Below, piece by piece: positions 8,767 to 17,931 of a stretch of DNA of 64,000 nucleotides. The DNA is taken from positions 3,958-67,957 of the IMG/VR virus record IMGVR_UViG_3300021142_001794, one strand, 5' to 3'. Each line of letters starts with the position of its first letter. Position 1 is the stretch's first letter. This DNA is from a virus. The position numbers were made by a program, and so were the translations under genes. Below the pieces are notes generated by a model, which was not told the DNA's origin, made no database searches, and worked only from the letters and a program-made list of their open reading frames with translations.

Positions 8767-8789
8767 TTTATTTATTGTTTAGTTGTGAA

Positions 8790-9071
8790 TTAATCATGTG
8801 GGGGATTAGGTAGTGGCATCCAGTGGGTTACATATCTCATTCCCGAAAATTCGTTTTCATCTTGCATACGTTCTATTTGTCTTAAGGTAAATTTCCCGTC
8901 TAAATTTTGTCTTTTAGCTATTTGCACATAAGCTCCCCCCATTTGTGGATTCATTCCAATACTTTCGCCAACAACTAAAACTGCAATATCATAGTCAGGC
9001 AACCTATCACTACATTTTATCCATTCCATAACTTTCACTATTTTGCCATATCTTCTGCAAGTTCCACGCAA
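8790..9071 (-). CDS. DUF551 (Eaa-like) protein; true start probably at MEWIK
   Basis: WIKCSDRLP..VTHWMPLPNPP. Confidence 0.85.
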   Translation of the reverse strand: MRGTCRRYGKIVKVMEWIKCSDRLPDYDIAVLVVGESIGMNPQMGGAYVQIAKRQNLDGKFTLRQIERMQDENEFSGMRYVTHWMPLPNPPHD

Positions 9072-9787
9072 GAACGCATTTTAGGAGGGTTAAGAATAAA
9101 GTTTAGTTCTGCTACTGTTTTAGCTAGGTGCTTTTGAGCGTCTTTGATAAGTTGCAGCCTATAATTGTCATCAACCCCAGCAAACAAAGAAAACCCATTG
9201 CGGATATTATACTCTAGTGAGTGTAGCTTGTCTATGTATTGTTTGATAGAGGGTGTGGGATGTGGGATAAATCTACCGCCGTTGCTATTGTCGTTTTCGG
9301 GGGTTAGCATGGGAGTAAATGGTTCTTCTTTTACTTCTATCCAAGTGCCTTTTAGGAAGTAACTATCTACTTCTTTTTGTGTATTATTGTACCCATCCCC
9401 ATAATGATAAACCCCCCTTTTTTTCACTAGGGTATAAATAACCGATTCATCTTCCCACCTAAATCTAATCCCCGTCCAATTCCTTTCAGTTTCTTCCACC
9501 CACAACATACCTTGTTCTTCTGCTAGTCGCTCTATGGTGGATAGGGGGAAAACAAAGTGGTTTTCATCTTGAGTATCTTTAAAATTAGCTACAATATATT
9601 TCCTACCAAATCCCCCAAAAGAACACAAATTAATGATAGCCTCACGCCTAAAATCAAATCCGTATGTAATATCATCAACGTAAATGCAATCGCTATCTAT
9701 ACCTTTATATACTGTTTTATAACCCGTCCCCGTAGGTATAGCAGGCAACTTAGTGCCTTTAACTGTAAAATCTACTTTTCGTTTCAT
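9038..9787 (-). CDS. Hypothetical protein
   Basis: Long ORF; module shared with 4847-5581. Confidence 0.6.
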   Translation of the reverse strand: MKRKVDFTVKGTKLPAIPTGTGYKTVYKGIDSDCIYVDDITYGFDFRREAIINLCSFGGFGRKYIVANFKDTQDENHFVFPLSTIERLAEEQGMLWVEETERNWTGIRFRWEDESVIYTLVKKRGVYHYGDGYNNTQKEVDSYFLKGTWIEVKEEPFTPMLTPENDNSNGGRFIPHPTPSIKQYIDKLHSLEYNIRNGFSLFAGVDDNYRLQLIKDAQKHLAKTVAELNFILNPPKMRSCVELAEDMAK

Positions 9788-9799
9788 TTTCTGTAATTT

Positions 9800-9997
9800 T
9801 TAAAATGTGATTGTAATATGGTGAGATAAGAATATGATAAGCTTTAATAATACCCAACTCATCCAACCGATACTGCCAATAAATAAAATAAAATCAAGCA
9901 ACTCGGTATCTGCCTTAAATTGTATCAATACTAAATCAACAACGCCAAATATTATTAATATCACTAAAATTGCCCAAAATAAACTAATCGTTATCAT
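9800..9997 (-). CDS. Two-TM membrane protein
   Basis: Two hydrophobic helices. Confidence 0.6.
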   Translation of the reverse strand: MITISLFWAILVILIIFGVVDLVLIQFKADTELLDFILFIGSIGWMSWVLLKLIIFLSHHITITF

Positions 9998-10009
9998 TTG
10001 ATAGGGGGT

Positions 10010-10237
10010 TTAATCGTTAAGAACTATTTTTTTTAAAGCATTATATATATGCCTACCTAATACAGTGTTTTTAACTTCCCCCTTATCCATATAAGTATAA
10101 AGTGTAGAAGGGCTACATATTTCGTGTTTACCAAACTTATTTCGCTTGCATAATTGCTCACGGTGCTGTTGTGTTACTTGTGGCAATAGTTCTTTTAATT
10201 GCAATGCCACGCTGTCATTTTCTTGTCCTGCTATCAT
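10010..10237 (-). CDS. Possible HTH regulator
   Basis: CSPSTLYTYMDKG helix-turn-helix-like segment. Confidence 0.4.
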   Translation of the reverse strand: MIAGQENDSVALQLKELLPQVTQQHREQLCKRNKFGKHEICSPSTLYTYMDKGEVKNTVLGRHIYNALKKIVLND

Positions 10238-10261
10238 ATTTATTAGTTTTTGTTTAAAGTG

Positions 10262-10723
10262 TTATTTATCAAATTTATTATCATAATCCCAATAAGGCTT
10301 GTCTGTTATTTTATAAAATTTTTCTGTTTCTTTTTTAGCTTCACCCCAATAGGTATTACAAGAATATATATATACATCGTGAATAGTGCCATGTTGACTA
10401 GAATAGTACCATGTTGGTTCTGAAATATATACTTCAACTATAATTTTTTGGGTTTTTAATAATTCAACATATTTTAATAATTTTTTAGAAATATCATATA
10501 CCCATTGTGTCATAAAAACTATACAATCACAATTATTTATTTCATTACAAATATCTACTATGGGTATTTCGGAAACTTCAAATAATACCTTATAATCTAT
10601 TAAGTTATCTTTTAATATTTTTTCAAAAACATCAAGACCATTATCTAATGTATTATCGTTTTCTAAAAACAATACTTTCTTACCTTTTAATGTAAGAATA
10701 ACATTTTGTTCCGGAGTATTCAT
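10262..10723 (-). CDS. Hypothetical protein (Rossmann-like)
   Basis: First ORF of the leftward early unit. Confidence 0.6.
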   Translation of the reverse strand: MNTPEQNVILTLKGKKVLFLENDNTLDNGLDVFEKILKDNLIDYKVLFEVSEIPIVDICNEINNCDCIVFMTQWVYDISKKLLKYVELLKTQKIIVEVYISEPTWYYSSQHGTIHDVYIYSCNTYWGEAKKETEKFYKITDKPYWDYDNKFDK

Positions 10724-10746
10724 TTTCTTTCTTTTTTAATCTGATG

Positions 10747-10832
10747 CAAATATATAGAAAGTATTTGAATAATCAACAAAATATTTTTTTTTGAAGTTTT
10801 TATAAAATATCCAAACAATCCCCTTATCTTTG
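10747..10832. promoter_or_regulatory. Divergent early promoters
   Basis: TATATTTG on minus (10747-10754) and TATCTTTG on plus (10825-10832) at the strand switch. Confidence 0.7.
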
Positions 10833-10858
10833 CTGCATCACTAAAAAATAAATGAAAA

Positions 10859-11131
10859 ATGAAAAGTAATCACACACAAGGGGAATGGAAGAAACGCAAG
10901 GTAAATTCTTATGGCAAAGAATGGTATGAAATACATTGGAGTAAAGACGGCGAATGTGTTGCAGAAGTAGTACATAATGAAGCTGATGCTGATTTATTTG
11001 CTGCTGCACCAAGTATGCTAGAAGCGTTGAAAGGATTAATAAAGCGCATTGACGAAAGCGGAATCTATCAAGCAACGCAAGAATGTTTTGCAGCAAAAGA
11101 GGCAATCTCCAAAGCCGAAGGTAATATTTAA
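10859..11131 (+). CDS. Phage hypothetical protein (HTxGxW..ADA.L.AAAP family)
   Basis: Common phage motif ADADLFAAAPSMLEALK. Confidence 0.75.
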   Translation: MKSNHTQGEWKKRKVNSYGKEWYEIHWSKDGECVAEVVHNEADADLFAAAPSMLEALKGLIKRIDESGIYQATQECFAAKEAISKAEGNI

Positions 11132-11155
11132 TCACCCACTAAAACAATCTAATTT

Positions 11156-11341
11156 ATGACCCCACAATCAATCTACGCCTTTATAGCAGCCCGTGACAGG
11201 ATGCCAACGGATAGGGAACTTAAGCAGCAACAACTAGAACGCTACGAAAGAATGATGCAAAACCCCCGTGATGAAAAGCATAAGTCATATTTAAGACGGG
11301 AAATTTTTAATACTAAGAAAAGTTTGAAAGATGAAAATTGA
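11156..11341 (+). CDS. Hypothetical protein
   Basis: ORF in the plus-strand array. Confidence 0.55.
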   Translation: MTPQSIYAFIAARDRMPTDRELKQQQLERYERMMQNPRDEKHKSYLRREIFNTKKSLKDEN

Positions 11342-11621
11342 AGAAATAAAACAGGAATTACAAAAAGAATCGGTGAAATATGCCTCACAGTTTGATACTG
11401 ACTATCAAGAACACGCCGAAAATGACTTTGATTTTGGTGCAAACCACGTCCTAAATACCTACTACGCCCTACTAGAAGCTAAACATGAAGCATTGTAAGC
11501 TAGTCATAGGGAGTTGTTGAAAGCTATTAATATATACCTAGAAAATAGCAATTCAAATGGAAAAGCTATTTTGCAAACAGCATTATCTAACGCTAAAAAA
11601 TTAATCAATGAATCAGAATAA
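11331..11621 (+). pseudogene. Hypothetical gene with in-frame TAA at 11496-11498
   Basis: Frame continues after the stop (ASHRELLKA..ALSNAKK) to 11621. Confidence 0.5.
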
Positions 11622-11823
11622 CGAAGTAGATGAAATATTTATGTATCACATTGTTTCTTTAGATGGATTGCATAATATGAATTTTTTAACATCCGCCAGA
11701 AATAGTAAAGAAGCATTAGGACATTTACTAACAAATTCACACGACTTTTGGAATGCTAGAACAGATGGCGATTTGCAAATAACTATTAAGAAAATAATCA
11801 ATGAAACAGATAACAACGAGTAA
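11608..11823 (+). CDS. Hypothetical protein
   Basis: Overlapping cassette-style ORF. Confidence 0.55.
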   Translation: MNQNNEVDEIFMYHIVSLDGLHNMNFLTSARNSKEALGHLLTNSHDFWNARTDGDLQITIKKIINETDNNE

Positions 11824-12178
11824 GGGTATTTACTTATTTGTACCAATAGTAAAAGATAGCGAACATCTAATAGTAGATGATGGTCATTTATGCTACTTGC
11901 CGCCTGTACCTAAAGGGTATAGTGTAAGTACTATGAAATATGTAGAACTACCCTCTACCAAGTACACCTTCATCTGCACCACCGATACCATTACAGAGGA
12001 TATAGCGAAGGGGATTTGTGAACATTCTATTAGTCATTTTGATGGCAAACTACACGATATGTGGCAGTTTAATAATAGTGGTAGTTGCAATTCTTCCGCA
12101 GTAAGGGCAGTACAAATTGGTATTATAGATTTAATAGACACAAATAAAACGTATGCAATATGCAAGAAAATAAACTAA
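11801..12178 (+). CDS. Hypothetical protein
   Basis: ORF in array. Confidence 0.6.
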   Translation: MKQITTSKGIYLFVPIVKDSEHLIVDDGHLCYLPPVPKGYSVSTMKYVELPSTKYTFICTTDTITEDIAKGICEHSISHFDGKLHDMWQFNNSGSCNSSAVRAVQIGIIDLIDTNKTYAICKKIN

Positions 12179-12534
12179 CCCCCACCGAAATAGCAGCTAA
12201 GAGTGAGGTATTGGCTAAGTATATGGAAAAGACTATATATGGTATTCTTGAGACAGGTAGTAATCCACTTAAAGGATATTTTAAACCTAATGAATTTGAA
12301 TATGCAATAAAAGCTGGTTATAAATTACAATTTAACTATCACACTTCTTGGGATAGGCTTCACGAAGTATGGGAAAATGTGCAAAAAGATAAATCTTACC
12401 AACGAATACCTACTTCCCAGAAAATAGACTTAACAAATAGTATTGTGTATGACACTCCCGAACAATGCTTTATTGCTTTAGTGGAGTGTGTGGAGTTTTT
12501 AAACAATTTAAAACAAGAAAAAAATGCAAATTAA
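12160..12534 (+). CDS. Phage hypothetical protein
   Basis: YHTSWD.L..VWE motif common in Bacteroidota phages. Confidence 0.6.
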   Translation: MQENKLTPTEIAAKSEVLAKYMEKTIYGILETGSNPLKGYFKPNEFEYAIKAGYKLQFNYHTSWDRLHEVWENVQKDKSYQRIPTSQKIDLTNSIVYDTPEQCFIALVECVEFLNNLKQEKNAN

Positions 12535-12805
12535 ATTAACCTTAGAACAAAAATTAGCAGCATTGGCTAATAGATACTATCTAAAGGATAAAAACGATTG
12601 GATTCCAAAAAAAGGAGATTATTACACCACTTGCAGAAATGATTTAGAATTATATCAAATAGTTGATGTGAATGAGACAAAAATTGTTACTAAATATTGT
12701 AATCCTGAAAGAGGAGATAATACATCTGAATGGGATAAGGATAGTTTTCTATTGGACTTTGGATTAAATAGAGTAAATGTCCCAAATTATTTATTAATCA
12801 ATTAA
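12524..12805 (+). CDS. Hypothetical protein
   Basis: Starts within the junction repeat. Confidence 0.65.
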   Translation: MQIKLTLEQKLAALANRYYLKDKNDWIPKKGDYYTTCRNDLELYQIVDVNETKIVTKYCNPERGDNTSEWDKDSFLLDFGLNRVNVPNYLLIN

Positions 12806-12817
12806 AACAAGAAAACA

Positions 12818-13129
12818 ATGGAAATTACAACTAACGAAAAAGGGGAAACAATTCTTAAAGAAGTTTACAGTGGCGTAGGATTAGAAACAATATATGGTGA
12901 GTTTATGCGTATTTGTATGCGTGATAGTGGGTTTGAATTTAACTATCAAGGTAAATGCTATGAAGCTAAAAAAGGGAAAATTAGGCGAATGAAAACTTTT
13001 AAACAAGTAAAAATGACTAATAAAAACAAAGGTGCTTTGACTAGAATTTATGGTGATGCGGCTAATGATACAACTGCAACATTTCAACTTTATGATAACA
13101 ATTTAAAACAAGAAAAAAATGAACTGTAA
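12818..13129 (+). CDS. Hypothetical protein
   Basis: Starts within the junction repeat. Confidence 0.65.
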   Translation: MEITTNEKGETILKEVYSGVGLETIYGEFMRICMRDSGFEFNYQGKCYEAKKGKIRRMKTFKQVKMTNKNKGALTRIYGDAANDTTATFQLYDNNLKQEKNEL

Positions 13130-13289
13130 TGAAGATAAACATAAACCTCGTAATAATAGATTCGGAGTTACTTGGTGTGTAAATTGTGGTAGATTGTTTA
13201 CAAAGCCTTGTGATAAAGATTTGTTACAATTAGAAATTAAAAATATTAATTTATCTAAAAAACAAGAAAATGACAAAGAAAGTATTTAG
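13119..13289 (+). CDS. Small Cys/His (Zn-ribbon-like) protein, not in ORF track
   Basis: MNCNEDKH..WCVNCGR, 56 aa, starts in the junction repeat. Confidence 0.55.
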   Translation: MNCNEDKHKPRNNRFGVTWCVNCGRLFTKPCDKDLLQLEIKNINLSKKQENDKESI

Positions 13290-13725
13290 TGTAGCAAACA
13301 AAGGATTATTTGCAGAAGAGGGCGATATTTATTTATTCGACTTTGAAAAAGAGGGAGAAGAAAAAATAGTTGCATCAAACAAAGAATACGAAGGTAAACC
13401 TAATGACATTTACACACTCCCTTCCACCCTTATCCGCCAACCAAAGACTGATGAAGAATTGGCAGAGGAATATTTGAACAATAAGAAAGGCATTTTTGGC
13501 ATCAGAAATGAACTTAAATTAGCTTTCCTAGCAGGTCGCAAATCAGTGGGTGGTGAGTTTCATTTGACAAGGGAACAAGTGGAGTCTATTTACTTTGCAG
13601 CGATGGGCGGTAAAACATTTGAAGGAACTTTACAATCTTTAAAGCAGTCTATCTACCCGCATATAATCACAGTAGAAAACGATGGAGAAAAATATTATTG
13701 GGAAACTTTAAAAGCAGAATATTGA
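13270..13725 (+). CDS. Hypothetical protein
   Basis: ORF in array. Confidence 0.6.
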   Translation: MTKKVFSVANKGLFAEEGDIYLFDFEKEGEEKIVASNKEYEGKPNDIYTLPSTLIRQPKTDEELAEEYLNNKKGIFGIRNELKLAFLAGRKSVGGEFHLTREQVESIYFAAMGGKTFEGTLQSLKQSIYPHIITVENDGEKYYWETLKAEY

Positions 13726-13726
13726 T

Positions 13727-14074
13727 ATGGAGAATATCGAATGGGAATATGTAAAGGAAAATGGTATGACATTCATTGTTATTGGTCAAGGATTATTAGA
13801 AAGATGCCATGATGATAAATTTAATGGAATGAGATTTACATTTAGAAGATGTCCATTTTGTCAAAGAATAACAAGTATTGCACCGTTACATTGGTATAAC
13901 CATCTAAACAAATGCGCACCCAATAAGTATTCTAAATCAGATATTTTTAAGATGAGATACTCTGAATTAAAAGATATTAATTTTAATTTATTTATTGGCA
14001 GACAAACAGAAAATGATGGGGTTTCCTTTAAGTCGCCATCTGATGAAGATTATAAACAATGGAATAGTATTTAA
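13727..14074 (+). CDS. Zn-finger-containing hypothetical protein
   Basis: CPFC..H...C. Confidence 0.55.
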   Translation: MENIEWEYVKENGMTFIVIGQGLLERCHDDKFNGMRFTFRRCPFCQRITSIAPLHWYNHLNKCAPNKYSKSDIFKMRYSELKDINFNLFIGRQTENDGVSFKSPSDEDYKQWNSI

Positions 14075-14177
14075 AACAAAAGAAGAAGCTATTGATTATT
14101 TACTAGACAATTATTATATGGTATCTAATAAATTTGTAAATATAATAGAGTACCCTTCAATTAAAAAATATTAGATA

Positions 14178-14615
14178 ATGGAAAACAACACTAAAACACT
14201 CCCCTTAGAAGATAGTAACACGCTAAGGCTTACACTAAAAGGCAAATGGTTTGATATGATATTATCTGGCGAAAAATTAGAGGAGTATAGAGAGATAAAA
14301 GACTATTGGTTCAAAAGATTAGTATTTCAATACAAAAAGGTTTTTAGATATTCTGTCGGTGTAGGCTATGACGATGGGTTGTATATAGAAGAAGGTATTT
14401 TGCATTGTTGCTCTCCTGCAAGACGGTCTATGATGGGTTTTAATTATTTCGACACTATCACTTTCACTCACGGATATGCTAAAAACGCCCGTAAAATGAT
14501 TGTAGAGTTCAAGGGTATTGATATAGGTGTTGCACGTCCTGAATGGTCGGATAATTGGCAAGGGGATGTGTTTAGAATTAAATTAGGGAACATTATTAAA
14601 ACTGAAAATATATGA
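14178..14615 (+). CDS. ASCH/PUA-like domain protein
   Basis: L.L.LKGKWFDMILSGEK.EEYREIK.YW..F..GY. Confidence 0.85.
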   Translation: MENNTKTLPLEDSNTLRLTLKGKWFDMILSGEKLEEYREIKDYWFKRLVFQYKKVFRYSVGVGYDDGLYIEEGILHCCSPARRSMMGFNYFDTITFTHGYAKNARKMIVEFKGIDIGVARPEWSDNWQGDVFRIKLGNIIKTENI

Positions 14616-14896
14616 GCAACAAACTAAACTTAATGGTGGGGGATAGAGGAAAAGTAAGCAAACTTCGTTATCTTGAAAATGGATATGGAACTAATCCTAA
14701 ATTAAAACAATCTCATTGGGATAGGATAAAATATACTGAAATGTGCGATTTTTTTACACAAGTAAAATGCAGCTATCTTTACAAACATAGACATAAAGCT
14801 GAAATGGTTGTTTTACGCTTAAAACGAGTAGTTAAGGGTAGGCATTGGGTCGATTACCCGAATTTAGGATGGATAAGGGATAAATGGCTTTGTTGA
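14612..14896 (+). CDS. Hypothetical protein
   Basis: ATGA-coupled ORF. Confidence 0.55.
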   Translation: MSNKLNLMVGDRGKVSKLRYLENGYGTNPKLKQSHWDRIKYTEMCDFFTQVKCSYLYKHRHKAEMVVLRLKRVVKGRHWVDYPNLGWIRDKWLC

Positions 14897-14915
14897 CTTT
14901 TAAAAATAAAACATT

Positions 14916-15428
14916 ATGACAAACAGTAAATTAGTACACTATCTTAATAGTGGGGTGAAGGTGCAAGATAATAGAGACAACCGTATAATTGATTTAAAAT
15001 ACGAAGGTAATTTCGATACTATTATATCAATAGGGACTTACTTAAATTTGTCAGATAGGGGTTTTTTCATCCCCTACCTATACCCTCTATCCTGCATAAC
15101 AGAACCTATACCTATTGATGGTGAAATGAAAATACCATTAGTGGAATTGGCAAAGATTGAAGGAAGCTACAAGGGAGAAGATTATGTAATAAAAGAAGAT
15201 TGGTTATTATGGATAGGACATGATGGTATATCTTATGCGTTTAGGTATAACGAAAAGTCTTTTGATTTTGATTCAGATGAAGAAATGAAAGAAGGTGATT
15301 ATAATTCTGCTGGAAACCAATTCCTACTCTTTCAAAAAATGATAGAATGGAAGATAAACATTTTTCCAGAAGAAATTAAATCAATTGACCCTAGAAAGTT
15401 AGGGGATAATAACCCGTATAAAATTTAA
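14916..15428 (+). CDS. Phage hypothetical protein
   Basis: PYLYPLS.IT pattern seen in Bacteroidota phage proteins. Confidence 0.6.
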   Translation: MTNSKLVHYLNSGVKVQDNRDNRIIDLKYEGNFDTIISIGTYLNLSDRGFFIPYLYPLSCITEPIPIDGEMKIPLVELAKIEGSYKGEDYVIKEDWLLWIGHDGISYAFRYNEKSFDFDSDEEMKEGDYNSAGNQFLLFQKMIEWKINIFPEEIKSIDPRKLGDNNPYKI

Positions 15429-15634
15429 GAAGATGTAATTTAAAGACATAAATAAACAACAACCTATTGCATTTGAAAGTTGATGCTGGCATGGGTTAAG
15501 AAGTGGTAAGTTATTGGTGGCTATAAGAAGTCGAACTTATCATATTGCGTTTAAGTGTGTGACACATTGAAAAGCGCAAAGAAAGCCAAAACAAAAAGAA
15601 AGGATTGATTGAATTGTTTTAAAAAGTTAAGGAA

Positions 15635-15907
15635 ATGAAATTAGGATATAAACAGAAAGAGGTAATTAATACCTTATTGACAATACAAGGTAGCTTTATA
15701 TTGATGACAATAGATTACAGTGATAATTCTATTCAAGCGTCTATTAGTGACGATGATAATAATGATTATGAATTTATAAAGTTAAATATGCTTCACTCTT
15801 TAATAAATAAGCATATTTTCAAAGTAGAAAAAATACAAAAGTCATTAGATATTTACCAAGAAAAGTATAGGCTTAAAGACCATATTAAAACCCCACCTTT
15901 AACTTAG
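15635..15907 (+). CDS. Hypothetical protein
   Basis: Last ORF of the plus-strand array. Confidence 0.55.
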   Translation: MKLGYKQKEVINTLLTIQGSFILMTIDYSDNSIQASISDDDNNDYEFIKLNMLHSLINKHIFKVEKIQKSLDIYQEKYRLKDHIKTPPLT

Positions 15908-15989
15908 GGTAATACTGCAATATGATAGCCTTTAATTTGTCAATAGAAATAGCTGCATCACTTGGCTTGGTGCTAATGTAAAGCATATT

Positions 15990-16655
15990 TTAACTTTGCT
16001 TCACCCCTTCATTATGTTGTTTCTGCAATGTAGTAAGAAAGGCGTGAAGTATAACGGGGTTTGTAAACACTGTTAATGTATTATCTTGGGCTTTGTAGCC
16101 AACTCCACCTGCGCTACCATTGCCACTAGGAACAAATGTACCTTCTCCACCTGTACTCCAATTAGTACTTCCTTCAAATCCTACCTTACCATCTATTACA
16201 CCACCTTTAGTGTGTCTTATTTGATGTGTGGCGGATTGACCGATAGTAAAGTGGGTGTTGAATGCTGTTAAATCATCCGTCTTGTCTTTATCTAATATCT
16301 TTCGTTCCCCTACTCCAGCCGCTTGCGAAGAATCTAAACTTATCTGTACAAATATATTTGGGTCTTTTATTTTTTGCCAAATAATGTCATTAAGTTCTTC
16401 ATCTGCATATCCAAACATAGAAATACTTAATGAAATAGAAGCCCTTGAAATTAGGTGTTTTAATATGCCGTGTACATCATCTTGCCCCACTTGAAATAAC
16501 TTAAAATCTTGGCTATCATTTTGGTCGAAAGACTTTGCAGGGGTATAGATAGCTAAATCATCTAACTTAAAGTTATTAAGGTTAAATGTAGGGTCTTCTG
16601 AAATTTGTCTAAAATTTGATTGTGCTACATTTGTAGCTTGTGTTGTTGTATCCAT
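15990..16655 (-). CDS. Phospholipase D-superfamily (single HKD, Nuc-like) enzyme
   Basis: HTKGGVID...GSTNWS = HxKxxxxD..GSxN. Confidence 0.8.
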   Translation of the reverse strand: MDTTTQATNVAQSNFRQISEDPTFNLNNFKLDDLAIYTPAKSFDQNDSQDFKLFQVGQDDVHGILKHLISRASISLSISMFGYADEELNDIIWQKIKDPNIFVQISLDSSQAAGVGERKILDKDKTDDLTAFNTHFTIGQSATHQIRHTKGGVIDGKVGFEGSTNWSTGGEGTFVPSGNGSAGGVGYKAQDNTLTVFTNPVILHAFLTTLQKQHNEGVKQS

Positions 16656-16769
16656 TTTGTTTATTTATGTTTTAAAGTGATTAAATTTGTTTATATGCTT
16701 CACAGTTAGTTACAATCACTAACCAACTGAAAAAAAATAGTAAGTGTTTCATAATTCACAAATATAGTT

Positions 16770-16862
16770 TATTTTTGCAACACATCGGACTACCTCTGTG
16801 TATATCCTTTGTTACTTTTGGTAACATTTTATCTAAGCCGTACCACTGGGTGCGGCTTTTTT
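16770..16862 (+). ncRNA. Candidate small RNA (promoter, ~80 nt, terminator)
   Basis: TATTTTTG at 16770-16777, no ATG, AAGCCGTACC-ACTG-GGTGCGGCTT-TTTT terminator at 16835-16862. Confidence 0.5.
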
Positions 16863-16906
16863 ATCCTCACTTAACCCGTTTACTGATAATAAGGGGATTT
16901 ATATTA

Positions 16907-17074
16907 TCAGTTATCAAACCACTGTTTCAGTAAATCTTCTTTACTAATCCCCTTACTATCGTAGCCTATTTCCATAGCTTTTTTCATTACTGCTAAAAAC
17001 ATTTCTTCGTAACCGCCATCGTTAAATGAATCGTAGTTTACGCTGTCTAGTATTTCCTTTGCTTTGTCTGTCAT
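16907..17074 (-). CDS. Small hypothetical protein (55 aa), not in ORF track
   Basis: ATGA overlap with the upstream gene; MTDKAKEILDSVNY.. Confidence 0.55.
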   Translation of the reverse strand: MTDKAKEILDSVNYDSFNDGGYEEMFLAVMKKAMEIGYDSKGISKEDLLKQWFDN

Positions 17075-17889
17075 AATAAATCTTTTAGTGAATAAATTCG
17101 TTTTGCACCAACATCGTACCTTTTGTTATGAGATGTATCATACAAATATGTAAATATACCAGCTTTGTTTAATTCTAAAAAGTTATCGTATCTATCGTCA
17201 ATAAAAATATCTAACCTTTCTTTTACTGCTATTTCAACCTTGCTACCATCGTGACCTATTGTATGGATAGGTACACACGGGAATCCATTTTCTTCTATCC
17301 ATCTTTCTGTAATCCATTGTGGCACGTTTCTGCTTGTTATATAACAAACAGGCTCAAAGGGTATATGTAAAGGGGATATTTTTGGCTTTAATCCCAAATA
17401 AAACTTCTCTAGTTCTTTTGGATTATCTTTCAAGAATTTAAAGTGTTCTTTTGTTTTGTAACTCCATGCCCAATTATTTGGATTGGGTAAATCAAATCTT
17501 TCTGCGAATCCCCCAACAAAATCGCAAATAACATCGTCTATATCTAACCCTACCCGCTTACTTTTAAAATATCCAACAGGTCTATCATCCCCTTGAGGGT
17601 AAATCTTATAATATTCTGTAATAAAAGCGGCGTTACACATTATATGTGCAGAATGCAATAATCCTGTTTCACTATCATAATCTTCGCCCCTTTTAATTGC
17701 TGCTAAATGTCTCTCTAATGATGCCATTACCTTACTCCATGCCATGCCTTTCTCCCAATTCCTTTCGGCATACTTTTCAGCTCCCTTTGTAAGAACTTTA
17801 GCATATTGCTCTTGGGCAAATGTAGGTACTAAATCATACCTTGTCTTTCCTGCGTTGTAGCGTAATCCTTGTTCTTTATTGTCGGTCAT
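17071..17889 (-). CDS. dATP/dGTP diphosphohydrolase (DUF5664) fused to HAD 5'(3')-deoxyribonucleotidase
   Basis: KTRYDLVP..GAEKY..NWEKG..RH..D.ETGL.H.AH..CN; C-domain DIDDV..ITSR..FIDD. Confidence 0.85.
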   Translation of the reverse strand: MTDNKEQGLRYNAGKTRYDLVPTFAQEQYAKVLTKGAEKYAERNWEKGMAWSKVMASLERHLAAIKRGEDYDSETGLLHSAHIMCNAAFITEYYKIYPQGDDRPVGYFKSKRVGLDIDDVICDFVGGFAERFDLPNPNNWAWSYKTKEHFKFLKDNPKELEKFYLGLKPKISPLHIPFEPVCYITSRNVPQWITERWIEENGFPCVPIHTIGHDGSKVEIAVKERLDIFIDDRYDNFLELNKAGIFTYLYDTSHNKRYDVGAKRIYSLKDLL

Positions 17890-17931
17890 AATTGTTGTGT
17901 TTAAATGTTAGAAAAGATGTGTGAACCGTAT

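Larger units (their letters stand above)
12502..13272 (+). repeat. Dispersed gene-junction repeat (AACAATTT)AAAACAAGAAAA..ATG, 4 copies
   Basis: Identical 25-mers at 12502-12526 and 13097-13121; partial copies near 12801-12820 and 13257-13272. Confidence 0.75.

Noticed and set aside
10010-10859. Lysogeny switch at the divergent promoters
   Set aside because: No convincing CI/Cro pair or integrase in the window.
11496-11498. Stop-codon reassignment or readthrough
   Set aside because: Single in-frame TAA; all three stops end genes normally elsewhere and no suppressor tRNA is seen, so mutation or sequencing error is likelier.
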